A model generated the notes under the pieces. It was given only the letters and a program-made list of their open reading frames with translations. It was not told where the DNA came from and made no database searches. A stretch of 63,306 bases of DNA, filler included, from Aduncisulcus paluster (lineage: Eukaryota), in the NCBI GenBank assembly GCA_024181965.1. It is 11 parts of 11 records of this genome, joined end to end, with 100 filler letters (N's around TTAATTAATTAA, not from the genome) between each part and the next. Parts side by side here need not be neighbours in the genome. Positions count along the whole stretch, not along the records: positions 58,814 to 63,306 come from BQXS01010252.1; 10 more parts are not named here. The stretch is one strand, 5' to 3'. Both the position numbers and the translations under genes were made by a program. Position 1 is the stretch's first letter, and each line of letters starts with the position of its first letter. Shown here piece after piece: positions 61,801 to 63,306 of this stretch.

Positions 61801-63306
61801 TGAAGGTCGAATAGAAGAGATTAATATGATAATCATTGATGAACTTCACTATATGGGTGAATCAAAACGTGGAGGTATTCTTGAGTTGCTTCTCACAAAT
61901 ATTGTCAGTGGTGTATGGGGTCATATAAGAATCGTTGGAATGACGGCCACTTTGCCCAATATTGCACAATTAGCCGATTGGATGAATGCTTTTTTCTATG
62001 TTGCACACCATAGACCTATTCCTTTGGTAAAAAGTGCGATTGTCGCCGGTGGGAAAGTCAGAAGAATTCTTGAAGAAGAAGCCAAATATCAGAGTCGGGG
62101 ACAATCAAATAATACTCAACTGATTCAAAGGAATTCAATGACACCTGGACGTAATACGAGCTTTATGAGACCATCTAACCCCTTCAACATGACATTCCAT
62201 CCCAAATATGGGAGTGCATTTCACAATCCTCATGAAACCCAAGCAGAACAAGCAGAACCTTACTCACACATTGATAAAGAGAAAGGGAAAGTTGAGCGAG
62301 ACCGTCTTGTTCAAGCCCACCCGCATTTAAGGTATCTCTACCCAGTGGAAGAGAATCAGCTCCTACGATGTGCTCTGAGGTATGATTCAGTCCAGTCGAT
62401 GAGGGTTAGAATCTGCATCGATCGTAGTCAAGAAGAGCTGTTCACTTGTTCTCCTCTTCACACGTTATCCCTGCAATCATCCCATGATAAACTTGAGGCA
62501 ACCCCTACAGCATTATCACGCTCACAGTTACTGGGAGATGATAGTAAGCATAAACAAGAGAGGGAAGCGAAAACATTAGCAAGGAGAGGATTCTTAACCC
62601 CTTCAATTCTACCTCAACCAAGTTCAACTATCATGCGACCTTGTATAAAGACAACACCAAACCCCAAGACACATTCAGTAGCCTCAGCTCTCTCAACAAA
62701 CGGTGCCTCCAAGACCCCCTGCTCCTCTTCTTCTTCGCTCGGTGCAGAGAGCTCCTCGTGTTTCACCAGATGGACACAAGGAATGTATGTCGGTGAGATA
62801 GTAGAGGTTGCCAAATCCTACAAATACTGCCAAGACATGCAGATCCTTGATAGACCCTTAATGAAACGTCGATCTGCATGTCCCACTGACATCGTTAACA
62901 TTGTAACCTCCCTTGTAATGGAAAGAGCTTGGAATCATGCGATGATGCTTGGAGCCAAGCGTGAACAAGCATGGACCAAGTGGCAATGGAAACGTGATAA
63001 CTGGGAACTCCAGTGGAAGAAATGGAAAGAAAGGGAAGATGAGAGGAAGAGGAGGAAAGATCAATGGATCGAACGTGAAAATAGGTGGAAACGTGAACTC
63101 CAAGCGAGAAAAAAGGAAGAAAAGCTACGAATCCAAGAAGAGACGGCTATCAAACAAGAGTATGAAGCATGGAAGAAAGAAATGGAAGGGTGGATGATAG
63201 AAAAGAAACTATGGCAAGAAGAGCTTGATTACCAAGAAGAAGAAGCAGATGATGGATTCGCTAACCTTGAATCTCCTCCAAGTTATCCTCCAGAATCTAA
63301 ACTCTA
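58815..63306 (+). CDS. HELQ/Pol theta-type (Ski2-like SF2) DNA helicase, partial at both ends
   Basis: Manual translation, open to the window end: LPPHTLREIYRRGVRELYEWQAEAL, APTSGGKS (61277-61300), VCTYEK, IIIDELH (DELH at 61838-61849), RGGILELLL, IVGMTATLPN, RPIPL. The frame change at the 60028-60047 gap is due to a 191-nt-offset assembly duplication. Confidence 0.9.

Noticed and set aside
1-63306. Alternative genetic code (TAA/TAG = Gln, as in hexamitid diplomonads)
   Set aside because: Conserved genes end at the expected place with TAA/TAG (E2, cathepsin B, copine, RhoGAP), and long ORFs have no in-frame TAR
1-63306. CRISPR arrays, prokaryotic operons, tRNA or rRNA genes
   Set aside because: Gene content and introns are eukaryotic; no repeat-spacer array or tRNA/rRNA signature was seen by eye

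Overview
Eukaryotic, gene-dense, intron-poor genomic DNA read in the standard genetic code. The style (GTATGT...AG introns, Giardia-type cathepsin B, lineage-specific beta-sandwich families, long Ser/Glu-rich insertions) suggests a free-living fornicate/metamonad protist such as Aduncisulcus; this is inference only. The window is not contiguous. It is 11 contigs joined by 10 artificial 100-nt spacers (44N-TTAATTAATTAA-44N), plus five 20-N scaffold gaps flanked by duplicated sequence that falsely split genes. Recognisable genes: a TPR protein, an Ies6/YL1-C protein, a divergent DONSON, a VAP-like MSP protein, a UBC4/5-type E2 (1 intron), RhoGAP-SH3, a split-RING coiled-coil protein, a giant VPS13, two copines, cathepsin B (1 intron), an FCP1/NIF-type HAD phosphatase, and a HELQ/POLQ-type helicase missed by the ORF track. 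The most unusual signal is in the small contigs (52.2-58.7 kb): three pieces of a Ty3/gypsy-like LTR retrotransposon family with ultra-short, mutually similar LTR candidates (about 90, 102 and 35 bp). In both 5' ends the position of the tRNA primer-binding site is occupied by a perfect palindrome that abuts the LTR's terminal CA, suggesting tRNA-independent priming.
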